Shown here in pieces: positions 9,893 to 19,516 of a stretch of 32,159 bases of DNA (positions are counted from its first letter, which is position 1; each line of letters opens with the position of its first letter). The notes under the pieces were generated by a model. The model saw nothing but the letters and a program-made list of their open reading frames with translations, was not told the DNA's origin and made no database searches. Position numbers and translations under genes: made by a program. Source of the DNA: an uncultured Planctomycetaceae bacterium (lineage in GTDB: Bacteria > Planctomycetota > Planctomycetia > Planctomycetales > Planctomycetaceae); the NCBI GenBank assembly GCA_963976765.1, contig CAXBME010000050.1, positions 1-32,159 of the forward strand. The letters run 5' to 3'.

Positions 9893-10849
9893 TCAGTAAA
9901 TCTGCACGGCCCACCACGGCAGGTACTCGGCCGGCGTGTATACGATGGCGCAGATTGAGAGAGCCCACAGGGCTCCGTTAATCAGCGTCGGCCGGTCGGT
10001 GACGAACAGTTTCGAAGGGTCACCGCCTTCCGTGCGAAGATGGACGAGATAGAAAAAGCGAAAGATGCCGTACATCACGAACGGCGTGGTCGCCATGAGC
10101 AATTGCGTCCCGAACCGGTCCACCGTCTGTTGCGCCACGGTATAGAGCGAGTAGCTCACGACGGCCGATGCCGCGGAAACGGCCATCATCAAATCCAGGA
10201 ATTGCTGTGAGTAGCCGGCCAGGCAGTCGCGGTGCTTTGTTGCGTCGTCGCTGAGGGACACCAGCTCGTGCCGGCGCTTTCCGAATCCCACAAAGACAGC
10301 CAGCGTCATCGTGCAAAGGACAATCCAGGGCGAGGGCACTGTGGCAATCACAATCGTCCCGGCGACAGCCCGCAGAACAAACCCGCTGGCGATGCACATG
10401 ACATCGAGGATCGGCTGCTGTTTCAGCGAGAACGTGTAGGCCACGTTGAGCGTCAGATAGATCGTGACCAGCGCTCCGAAAGTGATCCCGAGTTGAAACC
10501 CGCCAGCAACGGCAATGAGCATCAATGTCAGCATGCCGGCAATCGCCAGTCGCGGACTGAGGTCACCGGAAGCCAGAGGCCGCAGTCGCTTCTTCGGATG
10601 CAGCCGGTCGTTCTCAATGTCGCGGAGATCATTGAGCAGATAGACGGCACTCGACGCGAAACAGAACAGGAAGAATCCCTGCACCGACTTCATCAGCAGG
10701 ACAGGATCAAACAGAGACTTCGAGAAAATCAATCCGCCGAACAGCAGCAGGTTTTTCACCCACTGGTGCGGACGCATCGCTCGGCAGAGAAAGCGTGCTG
10801 ATTGAGACGCCCCGGCTCCTTCATGTGCTCGGACAAGATGTGTGCTCAT
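9893..10849 (-). CDS. UbiA-family prenyltransferase, decaprenyl-phosphate phosphoribosyltransferase type
   Basis: Motifs MRPHQWVKNLL, YLLNDLRDIENDRLHPKKRLRPLASG, GFVLRAVAG and KRRHEL are typical of the DPPR-synthase subfamily. Confidence 0.9.
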   Translation of the reverse strand: MSTHLVRAHEGAGASQSARFLCRAMRPHQWVKNLLLFGGLIFSKSLFDPVLLMKSVQGFFLFCFASSAVYLLNDLRDIENDRLHPKKRLRPLASGDLSPRLAIAGMLTLMLIAVAGGFQLGITFGALVTIYLTLNVAYTFSLKQQPILDVMCIASGFVLRAVAGTIVIATVPSPWIVLCTMTLAVFVGFGKRRHELVSLSDDATKHRDCLAGYSQQFLDLMMAVSAASAVVSYSLYTVAQQTVDRFGTQLLMATTPFVMYGIFRFFYLVHLRTEGGDPSKLFVTDRPTLINGALWALSICAIVYTPAEYLPWWAVQIY

Positions 10850-11241
10850 GATTCAGGTCTCGACCTGCTCGTACCGGAATGGCAGGTGTCTTTGATTTGA
10901 CACGTCATAACTGCCTGATGAATAAGCGTTTCGCAACGCAGTATCCTCCGGAAGGTAGATCGAATTGGATTGCCCGGCACATTGAGGTGGCGGTAAATGC
11001 CAGGAAACTTCCCGCTCGCGTCGGCATGTACCTCAGAGGCATGTATTTCGGGCAAGTAGATCCATGTATCAGAAGACGAATGGGCGAAATCGCCCAGCGT
11101 TTAATCTGGCTTGTCATGGATAGCCGACACTGTATAGGAATAGCTGAGCGGTCCAGATCACCCTTCCGCGATTGAAGGTGTGTTTTGAATCGCACAGGTA
11201 GCGGTGAAATCGCTGTTCGCCATAAGCTGACAGGTAGTTCC

Positions 11242-12261
11242 GTGAATCGAAGCATCCAGTTCCGCTCTGGCATTACCCTGATTGAACTGCTCGTCGTCCT
11301 GGCGGTGATCGGAGTTCTGGTCGCATTGTTGCTTCCAGCAGTGCAGCAAGCTCGGGAAGCCGCGAGACGGACTCAGTGCCGCAATAATCTCAAACAAATC
11401 GGTGTCGCGTTACACAACTATCATTCCGCTCACCGACTGTTTCCACCCGGCTACGTGTGCCAGCAGGAATTCCTCGGGGCAAGCCAGCGGAATCAGTGGG
11501 GTTGGGCTGCTCTGCTACTTCCATTTCTCGATCAGACTGTCCTCCACGGCGTTGCTGACTTCTCAGAGTTTGTCCGCGACGACACCGGAGACATTGGACC
11601 AGATGTTGAATCGAATCAGGACATCGCAGAGGTGGCATTGCCGATGTTTCGATGTCCGTCAGATGTGGCTCCAGAGCGAATCGATCGTACGTGTCCGTTT
11701 AATCCGAGTGTCCGTTTTGGCGTTTCAAATTACTCGGCCTGTTCTGGAATCACGCTTATGGAACTTCCCTGTTGGGGGCTGCCCACATCGCCACTCAGAG
11801 CCAGCCTATTCACCTCACAAAGATACTTTCATCCATTGCCAGTGCCATGCGAGTATCCTGAAGGAATTTTCTACATCAACAGCAGCCATTCGGTCACAGA
11901 TATTGTAGACGGAACGAGCAACACAATCGCTGTTGGAGAGACTTCGTGGAAATGGCATTACCAGATGTGTCGTTCTGCTGCCGTTCCTGAACCCTTCGGC
12001 GGTACAACATGGGCAGGAGTAGCTCACTGTGCGAATCAGGAACAGGTCACTTCGGTGACGGGTCTCCCATACAACAATGAGTTCGACGAATTGTTTTCAT
12101 TCGGATTCAGTAGTCCGCATGTCGGCGGTGTCCTGTTTCTGTTTGCCGATGGGGCAGTTCGATTTATCAGCAACAGTGTTGATAACAGGAAGTCTCCTCC
12201 CTACGGCGCACTGCAATGGCTGTCGTCGAGAGATGGCGAGGAAGTTGTCGGTAGCTTTTAG
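11242..12261 (+). CDS. DUF1559 family prepilin-type N-terminal cleavage/methylation protein
   Basis: GITLIELLVVLAVIGVLVALLLPAVQQAREAARRTQCRNNLKQIG, DGTSNT and the H-X9-DG motif HVGGVLFLFADG. Start probably GTG 11242 (ORF track gives 11185). Confidence 0.95.
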   Translation: MNRSIQFRSGITLIELLVVLAVIGVLVALLLPAVQQAREAARRTQCRNNLKQIGVALHNYHSAHRLFPPGYVCQQEFLGASQRNQWGWAALLLPFLDQTVLHGVADFSEFVRDDTGDIGPDVESNQDIAEVALPMFRCPSDVAPERIDRTCPFNPSVRFGVSNYSACSGITLMELPCWGLPTSPLRASLFTSQRYFHPLPVPCEYPEGIFYINSSHSVTDIVDGTSNTIAVGETSWKWHYQMCRSAAVPEPFGGTTWAGVAHCANQEQVTSVTGLPYNNEFDELFSFGFSSPHVGGVLFLFADGAVRFISNSVDNRKSPPYGALQWLSSRDGEEVVGSF

Positions 12262-12565
12262 GGCATTCGGGAATCTGGAATTGAGGCGTCAGCAGTGTTT
12301 GAGATGATCCCAGTATTCGTGATTTAACGAGACTGGCAAACAACCTGTCTGTGAGCATCTGATCTCCGAGTATTCCCAGCGTGCTCAACCAGTTGTTTGT
12401 CGGTCTCTAACTATCGTTCTCTACAATCGCGAGCAGCATGCGCCGTTGGCCACGGAGAATTTACAATGTTTGAACACTGTTCTGATACTCCCTGAAAGCG
12501 CGTTGGACGTTATGTCCAAACGATTGGTAGCAGCCGTCCTGCTTGTTTCGTAACCGGAGCCTCAA

Positions 12566-14260
12566 ATGAAAAATACGGTTTGCCTGATCGCTGTCGTTGC
12601 CTTCCCCCTGTCACTGGCGTCGTGTAATCGAGAGTCTGCCCCAGCGACGGTTTCACACGACCAGCCCGCTGTCACAGCGGGGCACAATGTAACTCATGGG
12701 GATGCCAGTCATGCGACGGACAGTTCGCACGGGGAGCACCAGGATGGTCAACAACGGCACGGCGCTCATGACGACAGCGAGCATGCAAGTGGCGGACACG
12801 GCCATGCCCCACATGGACATACTGAGGCGCGACACGATTCACACGCTCCACACGACAAGGCACACAGCAGTCACTCCGATCATGGGGATACGGTCGACCA
12901 CGGACATCGCGCGGCGAATGAATCGCACTCGAAACACGGCCATACTGCTAACGCGGATGGCCGCAAAGAACACACAGAACATGGACATAGCGAAGACCAT
13001 GCTCATCGAAAAGTTGTCACGTCTCACGCAACGGCCGACGCGGGCCATGCGGCTACGGAACGACTCGCAGCCGAACTGGCTGATACCGATGCGGCGACCA
13101 TTTTCTCCAGTCGCCTTCTGCCAATCCTGAAATCGGACCGTGCTTCAAGCTGCACCGAATGCCACTTCGCGGGCGTCGAGCTGCGTGACTTCATTCTCGA
13201 AGACCAGGCGAAGACGTTCGCGTCGCTGAAGTCCACCGGAATGATCGATGTTGATCGACCTGATGAGTCGAAGATACTGCAGTTCATTGGCCGCAAGCCG
13301 GAGAAGCCCGACGCGCTCATCGAGAAAGTCCGTCAGACGGAACTCGTCGCATTCCGGGCGTGGATACGCGCGGCTGTGCGTGAGCCCGAACTGCTCAAGG
13401 CGACGTCAGACGTTGAGGTCGGTACAAGTCTGCCGCCGGAGGTCGTCCGTCATGCTCGCCGTGACCGGGTGCTGTCGTCGTTTATTGACAACATCTGGAG
13501 TGAGATGGGGCGGTGTATCAACTGCCACAATCCTGAACGCAACCGCCAGAAGATCGGCCGGAGCGGTTTCACGAAAGAGGACGTGGATGCGATCTCATGG
13601 ATCGTCCCGCGCGACCCGGCCGGCACATTGCGCAAACTCGTCGACTCGGGCAACATCGACCTGGACGATCCGGCCGCGAGCCCGGTGCTCACCAAACCGG
13701 CCGGACTGGAAGACCACGGCGGCGGGCCGAAGTTCTTTCCCGGCAGTCCGACGTATCGCAACTTTCTGGTGTTTCTGACGGACTACGCCGACATCACAAA
13801 CGGGAAGTATGTAACTGCCAGTGATCTGCCCGGCGTCCCGAAAGAAATCGCACTACTCAGCGAACAACAGCTTCGGATTACCGGTATCCCTCCAGACTTC
13901 AGCGATCTGCCACTGCAGGTGGACATCTATCGCCGCATCGCCGGAACAGACAAGTGGTCAGAGCACCGCGTGGCAACCGGATTCAGTCGAGTGAACGACA
14001 AGCAGCATGCCTGGCAGAATCCGATCCTGGTGACAGCACCAGCAGAATCGCCGCGCGCAAAGGAAATTCGAGACCGTCGGCTATTGCCGTCGGGCGAGTA
14101 CCGCATCCGCATTCTGATCGACCGGGAACGGAAAACGGAAAAGGACCCGCTATACAAACTCAGTGAGGCGGATTTCGTGGTCGAAGTTCAGATCAGCGGA
14201 ACCTGGAAACCAGGGTATCAGCCTCCGAAGACCGTGTCGTTTCCTGAGGCGAGAGATTGA
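12566..14260 (+). CDS. His-rich lipoprotein with two c-type heme motifs (planctomycete cytochrome c-like)
   Basis: Lipobox LASC at Cys20, about 30 His in residues ~30-160, CTECH and CINCH, later HGGG, and a GGAG RBS. Confidence 0.85.
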   Translation: MKNTVCLIAVVAFPLSLASCNRESAPATVSHDQPAVTAGHNVTHGDASHATDSSHGEHQDGQQRHGAHDDSEHASGGHGHAPHGHTEARHDSHAPHDKAHSSHSDHGDTVDHGHRAANESHSKHGHTANADGRKEHTEHGHSEDHAHRKVVTSHATADAGHAATERLAAELADTDAATIFSSRLLPILKSDRASSCTECHFAGVELRDFILEDQAKTFASLKSTGMIDVDRPDESKILQFIGRKPEKPDALIEKVRQTELVAFRAWIRAAVREPELLKATSDVEVGTSLPPEVVRHARRDRVLSSFIDNIWSEMGRCINCHNPERNRQKIGRSGFTKEDVDAISWIVPRDPAGTLRKLVDSGNIDLDDPAASPVLTKPAGLEDHGGGPKFFPGSPTYRNFLVFLTDYADITNGKYVTASDLPGVPKEIALLSEQQLRITGIPPDFSDLPLQVDIYRRIAGTDKWSEHRVATGFSRVNDKQHAWQNPILVTAPAESPRAKEIRDRRLLPSGEYRIRILIDRERKTEKDPLYKLSEADFVVEVQISGTWKPGYQPPKTVSFPEARD

Positions 14261-14329
14261 CCTGCGGAAAAGGGCATCAGTTCACGGAACTCTGTTTCCG
14301 CCAATCTTTCGAGTTGCAATTGTGCGACT

Positions 14330-16714
14330 TCATGTCAGCCGAGCGGCCCGCAGTCGCAAGGCGTTGCTGATAACGGAAACAGAACTAAGACTCATGGCGG
14401 CTGCGGCCAGCATCGGGTTGAGCAGTGCGGACAGGCCGAAGAGCGGCACCAGCACGCCAGCGGCGACGGGCACGCCGAGCATGTTGTAGACGAAGGCAAA
14501 GAACAGGTTCTGGCGGATGTTCCGCATCGTGGCGCGGCTCAATTGAACCGACTTGACGATGCCGCTCAGATCTCCGTTGATGAGTGTGACACCGGCACTT
14601 TCGATCGCCACGTCGGTTCCCGTTCCCATCGCGACACCGACGTTCGCCGCCGCCAGCGCCGGCGCGTCGTTGATTCCGTCACCTGCCATCGCCACGACGC
14701 GGCCTTCAGCACGCAAAGCCTTGATGCGCTCGTGCTTGTCCTGTGGACTGACGCCGGCAAACACTTCATCGATACCCAGTTTCCTGCCGACCGCTTTCGC
14801 CGTGTGTTCGTTGTCACCGGTCAGCATGATGACCTTCAGTCCGAGGTCATGCAGCGTTTGAACTGCCTGAGGCGATGATTCCTTGATCGGATCAGAGACG
14901 GCCAGCAACCCGGCGAAGCGTCCGTCGATGGCCACGAACATCACCGTGCGGCCTTCGTTCTGAAGTCGTTCCGCATCATTGCTGAGACTCTCGACATCGG
15001 CGACGTCGTTGCTGCGGAGAAAGTCCGGCTTGCCGACCAGCACGTTCTTCCCGTCCACAACGCCGACAACGCCGCCGCCCGTCACGGAATCAAACTCGTC
15101 AGGGGCATGCAATTCGAGATTCCGTTCGCGAGCGGCTCCGACAATCGCGCGGCCGAGTGGGTGTTCGCTGTTCTGTTCAACCGCCGCGGCATATCGCAGG
15201 AGTTCTTCGTCTGTCACATCTTTGACCGGAAGCACTTCCGTCAGACTGGGGCGGCCGTTCGTCAGCGTCCCGGTCTTGTCGACGACAACTGTGTCCACGG
15301 TTTCCATGACCTCCAGCACTTCGGCATCCTTGATCAGTACACCGGATTTGGCACCCCGACCGACGCCCACCATGATCGACATTGGTGTGGCCAATCCGAG
15401 AGCACACGGGCAGGCGATGATCAGCACGGCCACCGCATTCACCAGCGCGAACGCCAGTTTCGGCTCGACCGGTGAGAACAACGACCACGCGATGAACGTG
15501 CCAATGGCGACAAACACAACAGCCGGCACAAACCAGCTTGAGACGAGATCGGCGACACGCTGAATCGGCGCGCGACTGCGTTGAGCGTCAGCCACCATCT
15601 GCACGATCTGTGACAGCACAGTTTCGCGTCCGACGCGACTGGCCCGCATCTCAAACGCACCCGTCTGGTTGACCGTTCCGCCGATCACTGAATCACCGGC
15701 GACCTTTGTCACGGGCAACGGCTCTCCGGACAGCATCGACTCGTCAACCGTGCTCCTGCCGCTGAGGATCTCGCCGTCAACGGGAACTTTCTCGCCGGGC
15801 ACGACTTTCAGGATCTCGCCTTCCTGCACAGCGTCGAGTGCAATCTCCTGTTCCTGACCATCGAGAATGACGCGGGCAGTTGGCGGAGCGAGCGACATCA
15901 GTTCGCGAAGCGCTCCGCTGGTGCGGCGCCGCGCTCGCAGTTCGAGCACCTGTCCCAGCAGGATCAAAGCAACGATGACGGCTGCCGCCTCGAAATACAC
16001 GGCGACGTGTCCGTGCTCCTTGAACGATTCAGGGATGAGGTCCGGCAGCAGGATCGCGGCCACGCTGTAGAGGTACGAGGCACCCACGCCGATGGCGATC
16101 AGCGTGAACATGTTGAGATTCCACGTCACGATCGATCGCCAGCCCCGGTCAAAGAACGGCCAGCCCGCCCACAGCACGACCGGAGTGCTCAGAGCCAGTT
16201 GCAGCCAGCGTGACACATCACCGCCCAACCAGTTTTCGACAGGTACGCCGAGCATCGGAAGCATCGCCAGCAACAGCACGGGAACAGCCAGCGCTACCGA
16301 CAGCCAGAACCGCTGCGTCATGCTCCGCAGTTCTGAAGCGTCATCGCCGGAATCTGCAGTGACGAACTTCGGTTCGAGGTCCATGCCACATTTCGGACAC
16401 GAACCCGGTCCAACCTGCTCCACTTCCGGGTGCATCGGGCAGGTGTAAATGGAGTCGAGAGTCGAGTGTCCAGAGTGCAGAGCGGCTGGCTGGTGCCGAG
16501 TGGCGTGACCCGCGTGGCAGCATGAATGCTCGTCGCCGCTGGAAGTTGGCTGCGGCGGTTTAACCACTCGACTCTCATCTATTGACGCTTGCCCCTCATG
16601 CTCAAACCTGGACCGGCAATGTTTGCTGCAGAAGTAGAAGGATTCTCCGTCGCGTTCGACCGAGAGGGCCGTCGCTTCGTCAACGCTCATTCCGCAGATG
16701 GGGTCTTTGGCCAT
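14330..16714 (-). CDS. copA: Cu(I)-translocating P1B-type ATPase with N-terminal YHS and heavy-metal-binding domains
   Basis: DPICGM...YFCSKHC, YTCPMHP...[26 protein letters not shown], and the YN and MxxSS membrane motifs of P1B-1. ATG 16714 has an AGGA RBS. Confidence 0.93.
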   Translation of the reverse strand: MAKDPICGMSVDEATALSVERDGESFYFCSKHCRSRFEHEGQASIDESRVVKPPQPTSSGDEHSCCHAGHATRHQPAALHSGHSTLDSIYTCPMHPEVEQVGPGSCPKCGMDLEPKFVTADSGDDASELRSMTQRFWLSVALAVPVLLLAMLPMLGVPVENWLGGDVSRWLQLALSTPVVLWAGWPFFDRGWRSIVTWNLNMFTLIAIGVGASYLYSVAAILLPDLIPESFKEHGHVAVYFEAAAVIVALILLGQVLELRARRRTSGALRELMSLAPPTARVILDGQEQEIALDAVQEGEILKVVPGEKVPVDGEILSGRSTVDESMLSGEPLPVTKVAGDSVIGGTVNQTGAFEMRASRVGRETVLSQIVQMVADAQRSRAPIQRVADLVSSWFVPAVVFVAIGTFIAWSLFSPVEPKLAFALVNAVAVLIIACPCALGLATPMSIMVGVGRGAKSGVLIKDAEVLEVMETVDTVVVDKTGTLTNGRPSLTEVLPVKDVTDEELLRYAAAVEQNSEHPLGRAIVGAARERNLELHAPDEFDSVTGGGVVGVVDGKNVLVGKPDFLRSNDVADVESLSNDAERLQNEGRTVMFVAIDGRFAGLLAVSDPIKESSPQAVQTLHDLGLKVIMLTGDNEHTAKAVGRKLGIDEVFAGVSPQDKHERIKALRAEGRVVAMAGDGINDAPALAAANVGVAMGTGTDVAIESAGVTLINGDLSGIVKSVQLSRATMRNIRQNLFFAFVYNMLGVPVAAGVLVPLFGLSALLNPMLAAAAMSLSSVSVISNALRLRAARLT

Positions 16715-16798
16715 TTCTGTGACTTTCCTAAACTCAACAATCGGTTCTGGCGGCAGCATCGGGAGATCGATGTTGCCGCCGTACGTCGTCTTCAAGCA

Positions 16799-16945
16799 TC
16801 AGTGACAGCACCCGCCGGCTGATTTCTTCCCGCCGGCCTGCGAGTCATCCTTCGAGCCGTCGCGAGAAAACAGACGGCCGAGGCCTCCGCAGCAGAACAG
16901 CATCATCACAGCAAACGCGATCAGTAGAATTGTAAAGGCGTCCAT
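16799..16945 (-). CDS. 48-aa membrane peptide with CC and C-terminal GGCCH
   Basis: GGAGG RBS before ATG 16945. Sequence MDAFTILLIAFAVMMLFCCGG...GGCCH, directly upstream of copA. Confidence 0.75.
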   Translation of the reverse strand: MDAFTILLIAFAVMMLFCCGGLGRLFSRDGSKDDSQAGGKKSAGGCCH

Positions 16946-16984
16946 TGTATCCGGTCCCTCCGTTTGGGATTGAAGTGGAAGAGT

Positions 16985-17018
16985 GCGGCCGCCCGCCGCA
17001 AGGCGGACAGGCGGCCGC
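16985..17018. other. GC-rich intergenic stem-loop
   Basis: GCGGCCGCC-CGCC-GCAA-GGCG-GACA-GGCGGCCGC with no U-tract. Confidence 0.5.
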
Positions 17019-17031
17019 CGAGGTTCAGGTA

Positions 17032-17478
17032 TTACGCAACGGCACTGGCGGAGTTCGCCGAGTGGCAGCATTCGCGGACGACTTTGCAGCAGTACGCGCG
17101 CTTCACACAGCAGGACAGCTTCGCCGCAGCCGAATCCGCAGCGTCAGCGGCGAGCGTGACGTCGGTCGTCGTGGCGGAAGCCGCTCCGCGATGGCAGCAC
17201 TCACGCTGAATCGTGCAGCAGAAGGCTCGCTTCACGCAGCACGATGGCCGACTCACGGCAGCCATTGCGTCGTCTGCATCGACCGTCGCGACGGAAGCGT
17301 CGCTGGCCGCACGGTTCGGGCAACACTCACGCTGCAGCTTGCAGCAGTACGCGTGCTTGATGCAGCAGGACGGCTGAGACACGGTTTCATTGGACGCAGT
17401 CGCGTTCGGAACCGAGGCTCCAGTGACGACAATCAGCAGTCCAGCAACAGCAAATGCGGAAAGGGTTCTGGTCAACAT
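17032..17478 (-). CDS. Secreted Cys-rich, metallothionein-like protein with three CC-x5-CC-x5-CC modules (148 aa)
   Basis: GGAG RBS, signal peptide ending ATA, and repeats SCCIKHAYCCKLQRECC / SCCVKRAFCCTIQRECC / SCCVKRAYCCKVVRECC. Confidence 0.85.
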   Translation of the reverse strand: MLTRTLSAFAVAGLLIVVTGASVPNATASNETVSQPSCCIKHAYCCKLQRECCPNRAASDASVATVDADDAMAAVSRPSCCVKRAFCCTIQRECCHRGAASATTTDVTLAADAADSAAAKLSCCVKRAYCCKVVRECCHSANSASAVA

Positions 17479-17656
17479 GGGGGTCTCTCCATTGAGATTG
17501 GCACCGCGCACGACATGCGCGTGCAACAGCAGTGCGAGTGATTGAAGCAGGGTGAACAGCACTCACGAGCAGCCAATGGCGGTCCGGTCGATCTGCGATG
17601 TCGCAATGAACCGGGACCGCCGCGGATGCAGACAGGCTCTGCGCGGGCGGAGTGCG

Positions 17657-18031
17657 TTACACGCGAAGCAGGACGTGCAGGGCCACCAGTGACGGAGCCC
17701 CGGACACGGGAACGGCAGCGTTGGCAGCCATTCGCAGTCGGAGCAGGTCGGCTGTCAGATTGGCCATGCGGCCTGCAGGAAGTCCCGAGTCGAACCCGGC
17801 AAGATCGCGACCGGAGGACGACTTCTCGTTCGGCAGCGGCGTGCGGTCATGCTGCGGAATCGGCGTCTGGCAGCAGGCCATTCCGCAGCAGGTAGAACGG
17901 GCTTCAGGCTGGCAACATTTCCGGGCGCTGTCTGTCGCACTGAACGCGGGCGTCGTGAAGCTGCCTGTCAGCAGACTCAGCGCCAGCGAGGCGATCAGGA
18001 ACAGTCGGGATGTGGGGTTGGTTGCGTTCAT
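17657..18031 (-). CDS. Secreted Cys-rich putative leader protein 1 (124 aa)
   Basis: Signal peptide, CC-x7-CC-x3-CC and tail VPVSGAPSLVALHVLLRV. Paralogous to 20071..20463. Confidence 0.75.
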   Translation of the reverse strand: MNATNPTSRLFLIASLALSLLTGSFTTPAFSATDSARKCCQPEARSTCCGMACCQTPIPQHDRTPLPNEKSSSGRDLAGFDSGLPAGRMANLTADLLRLRMAANAAVPVSGAPSLVALHVLLRV

Positions 18032-18049
18032 TACTTGGTTTCCGCATCA

Positions 18050-18132
18050 GGAACAAAAAGTTAGATGCGGTATCGAGCAAACTTCTTCACGGAGTTTGTG
18101 AATTTTTCCCAGACTGGCCGGGCAGAGCTGCC
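18050..18132. repeat. Duplicated ~83-bp upstream element, copy 1 (copy 2 at 20690-20773)
   Basis: Both copies share GGAAyAAAAA(A)GTTAGATGC, CTTCACGGAG, a T-run plus CAGACTGGC, and GCTGCC in the same order. Confidence 0.8.
18060..18089 (-). promoter_or_regulatory. Putative ECF-sigma promoter TGAAGAA-N14-GCATCTAAC
   Basis: Ends 28 nt upstream of ATG 18031. The same motif and spacing occur at 20701-20730 and 20886-20915. Confidence 0.75.
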
Positions 18133-18502
18133 GACTCGCTCAAATCCCACATGTCACCGGCCCCGCCCTATTGCCTTGCGCTCAGCATCAGACGACGTCT
18201 GCACAATGGCGATGTCATCAGCCACTCGAATCTGAAGACAGCTCGCGGCTTCCTCTTCGGTCGCTGCCCGGTTCGACCGCAGTCGATGCTGACGTAACGG
18301 GCAACCGACTTTGGTGACGGTGTGCCTCTGCAGCCGCTCAGCAACATTCGCAATACGTGTAACCATTGACTGCAATTGCGTTTGCGACCGACACGTTTGT
18401 CGGATTCGCTCAAGGCCCACCGTTTGGCACGGCATTCGGAATGTGAACCCGATGCTCTTACCTTTCTCGACGGTCGTGTCGCGAACCAACGCGGTGGAAT
18501 GT

Positions 18503-19411
18503 ATGCCCAGATTGCCTGTTGTTGTCATCGTCCTGGCGGCTCTCACGCCCAATTCACAGGCAGTCGAACCAGTGAATGTGAAAGCCCAGGCTGTCTCTGC
18601 ACCAGATACGGTCGCCTGTTACTGCTATCAGTCGGGTGGCTGGAGCATTCAACAGACTGACAACTTTCGCATTTGCACGATCGACCGGAATCTCAAGCTG
18701 GAAAACCTGCCACGGCTGTGTGAATCCCTCAGGTTGGACATTCAGGCGACATGGCTCAGTGAAGACTGCACTCTCTGGCAGCCGCGGTGCGACGTGGTCG
18801 TGCATGCCACGAGCAGCGATTACCGCCGTGCTTTGGGGAACAGCGTTGGCAACTCAGTCGGCTGTGCCACGATGAAGTTTGATCAGGGCCGGATCGTCAG
18901 TCGCCGCATCGATATTCGAGTCGATGCTGACCATTGGCAGCTCGACGCGCTGCCCCATGAACTGACGCATGTGGTGCTCGCCGATCGTTTCGGGGCACGC
19001 CGATTGCCGCCGTGGCTCGACGAAGGGATTGGCGTTCTGTCTGAGTCCGACCGAAAACGTCGGTTTCGCGCCGATGCCTTTGCCGACGCACTCAATCGTG
19101 GAACGATCTATTCGATTCACGAGTTGCTTCATCTGCGACAGTTTCCCCGTCCGGAATACCGGGACGCGTTCTACGCGCAGAGCGGAGCCCTCGTCCGGCG
19201 ACTCATGGATCATGGTGGGCCGGACGAGTTTGCTCGCTTTGCCGATCGCGTCGTTACTGTCGGAACACAGGCCGCACTGAGCGAAACCTACAATCTCGAT
19301 ACGCCGGCTGACGTGTCGGCGATCGTGGACGTTTCTGAAGTTGCAGCAATTGTGACATGCGGCGGAACTCTGGACACGAAGTCGAATCTGATCGTGCGTC
19401 GGGACGACTGA
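18503..19411 (+). CDS. Secreted gluzincin / peptidase MA-like metalloprotease domain protein
   Basis: LPHELTHVVL (HExxH) followed by PPWLDEG. Signal-like N-terminus from ATG 18503; start uncertain. Confidence 0.8.
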   Translation: MPRLPVVVIVLAALTPNSQAVEPVNVKAQAVSAPDTVACYCYQSGGWSIQQTDNFRICTIDRNLKLENLPRLCESLRLDIQATWLSEDCTLWQPRCDVVVHATSSDYRRALGNSVGNSVGCATMKFDQGRIVSRRIDIRVDADHWQLDALPHELTHVVLADRFGARRLPPWLDEGIGVLSESDRKRRFRADAFADALNRGTIYSIHELLHLRQFPRPEYRDAFYAQSGALVRRLMDHGGPDEFARFADRVVTVGTQAALSETYNLDTPADVSAIVDVSEVAAIVTCGGTLDTKSNLIVRRDD

Positions 19412-19516
19412 CCAGATTTGTTGCAGCACTCCCGTGCATGCGGGGCGTTCGCTCAGCAGTCCAGTAACGACCGTTGAGACAGAACAGCCCCGCAGACGGC
19501 AGTGGGGATCGGTTGG

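Noticed and set aside
11242..11300. Prepilin site reads G-ITLIE rather than G-FTLIE
   Set aside because: Hydrophobic substitutions at +1 are ordinary variation, and DUF1559 genes are abundant in planctomycetes.
12382..12411. Possible fourth ECF motif (TGCTCAA-N14-GTCTCTAAC) upstream of the cytochrome gene
   Set aside because: Only 4/7 and 7/9 matches; too degenerate to call without a weight matrix.
14264..14301. Imperfect hairpin between the convergent cytochrome and copA genes
   Set aside because: Interrupted stem with no clear U-tract, so it is not supportable as an intrinsic terminator.
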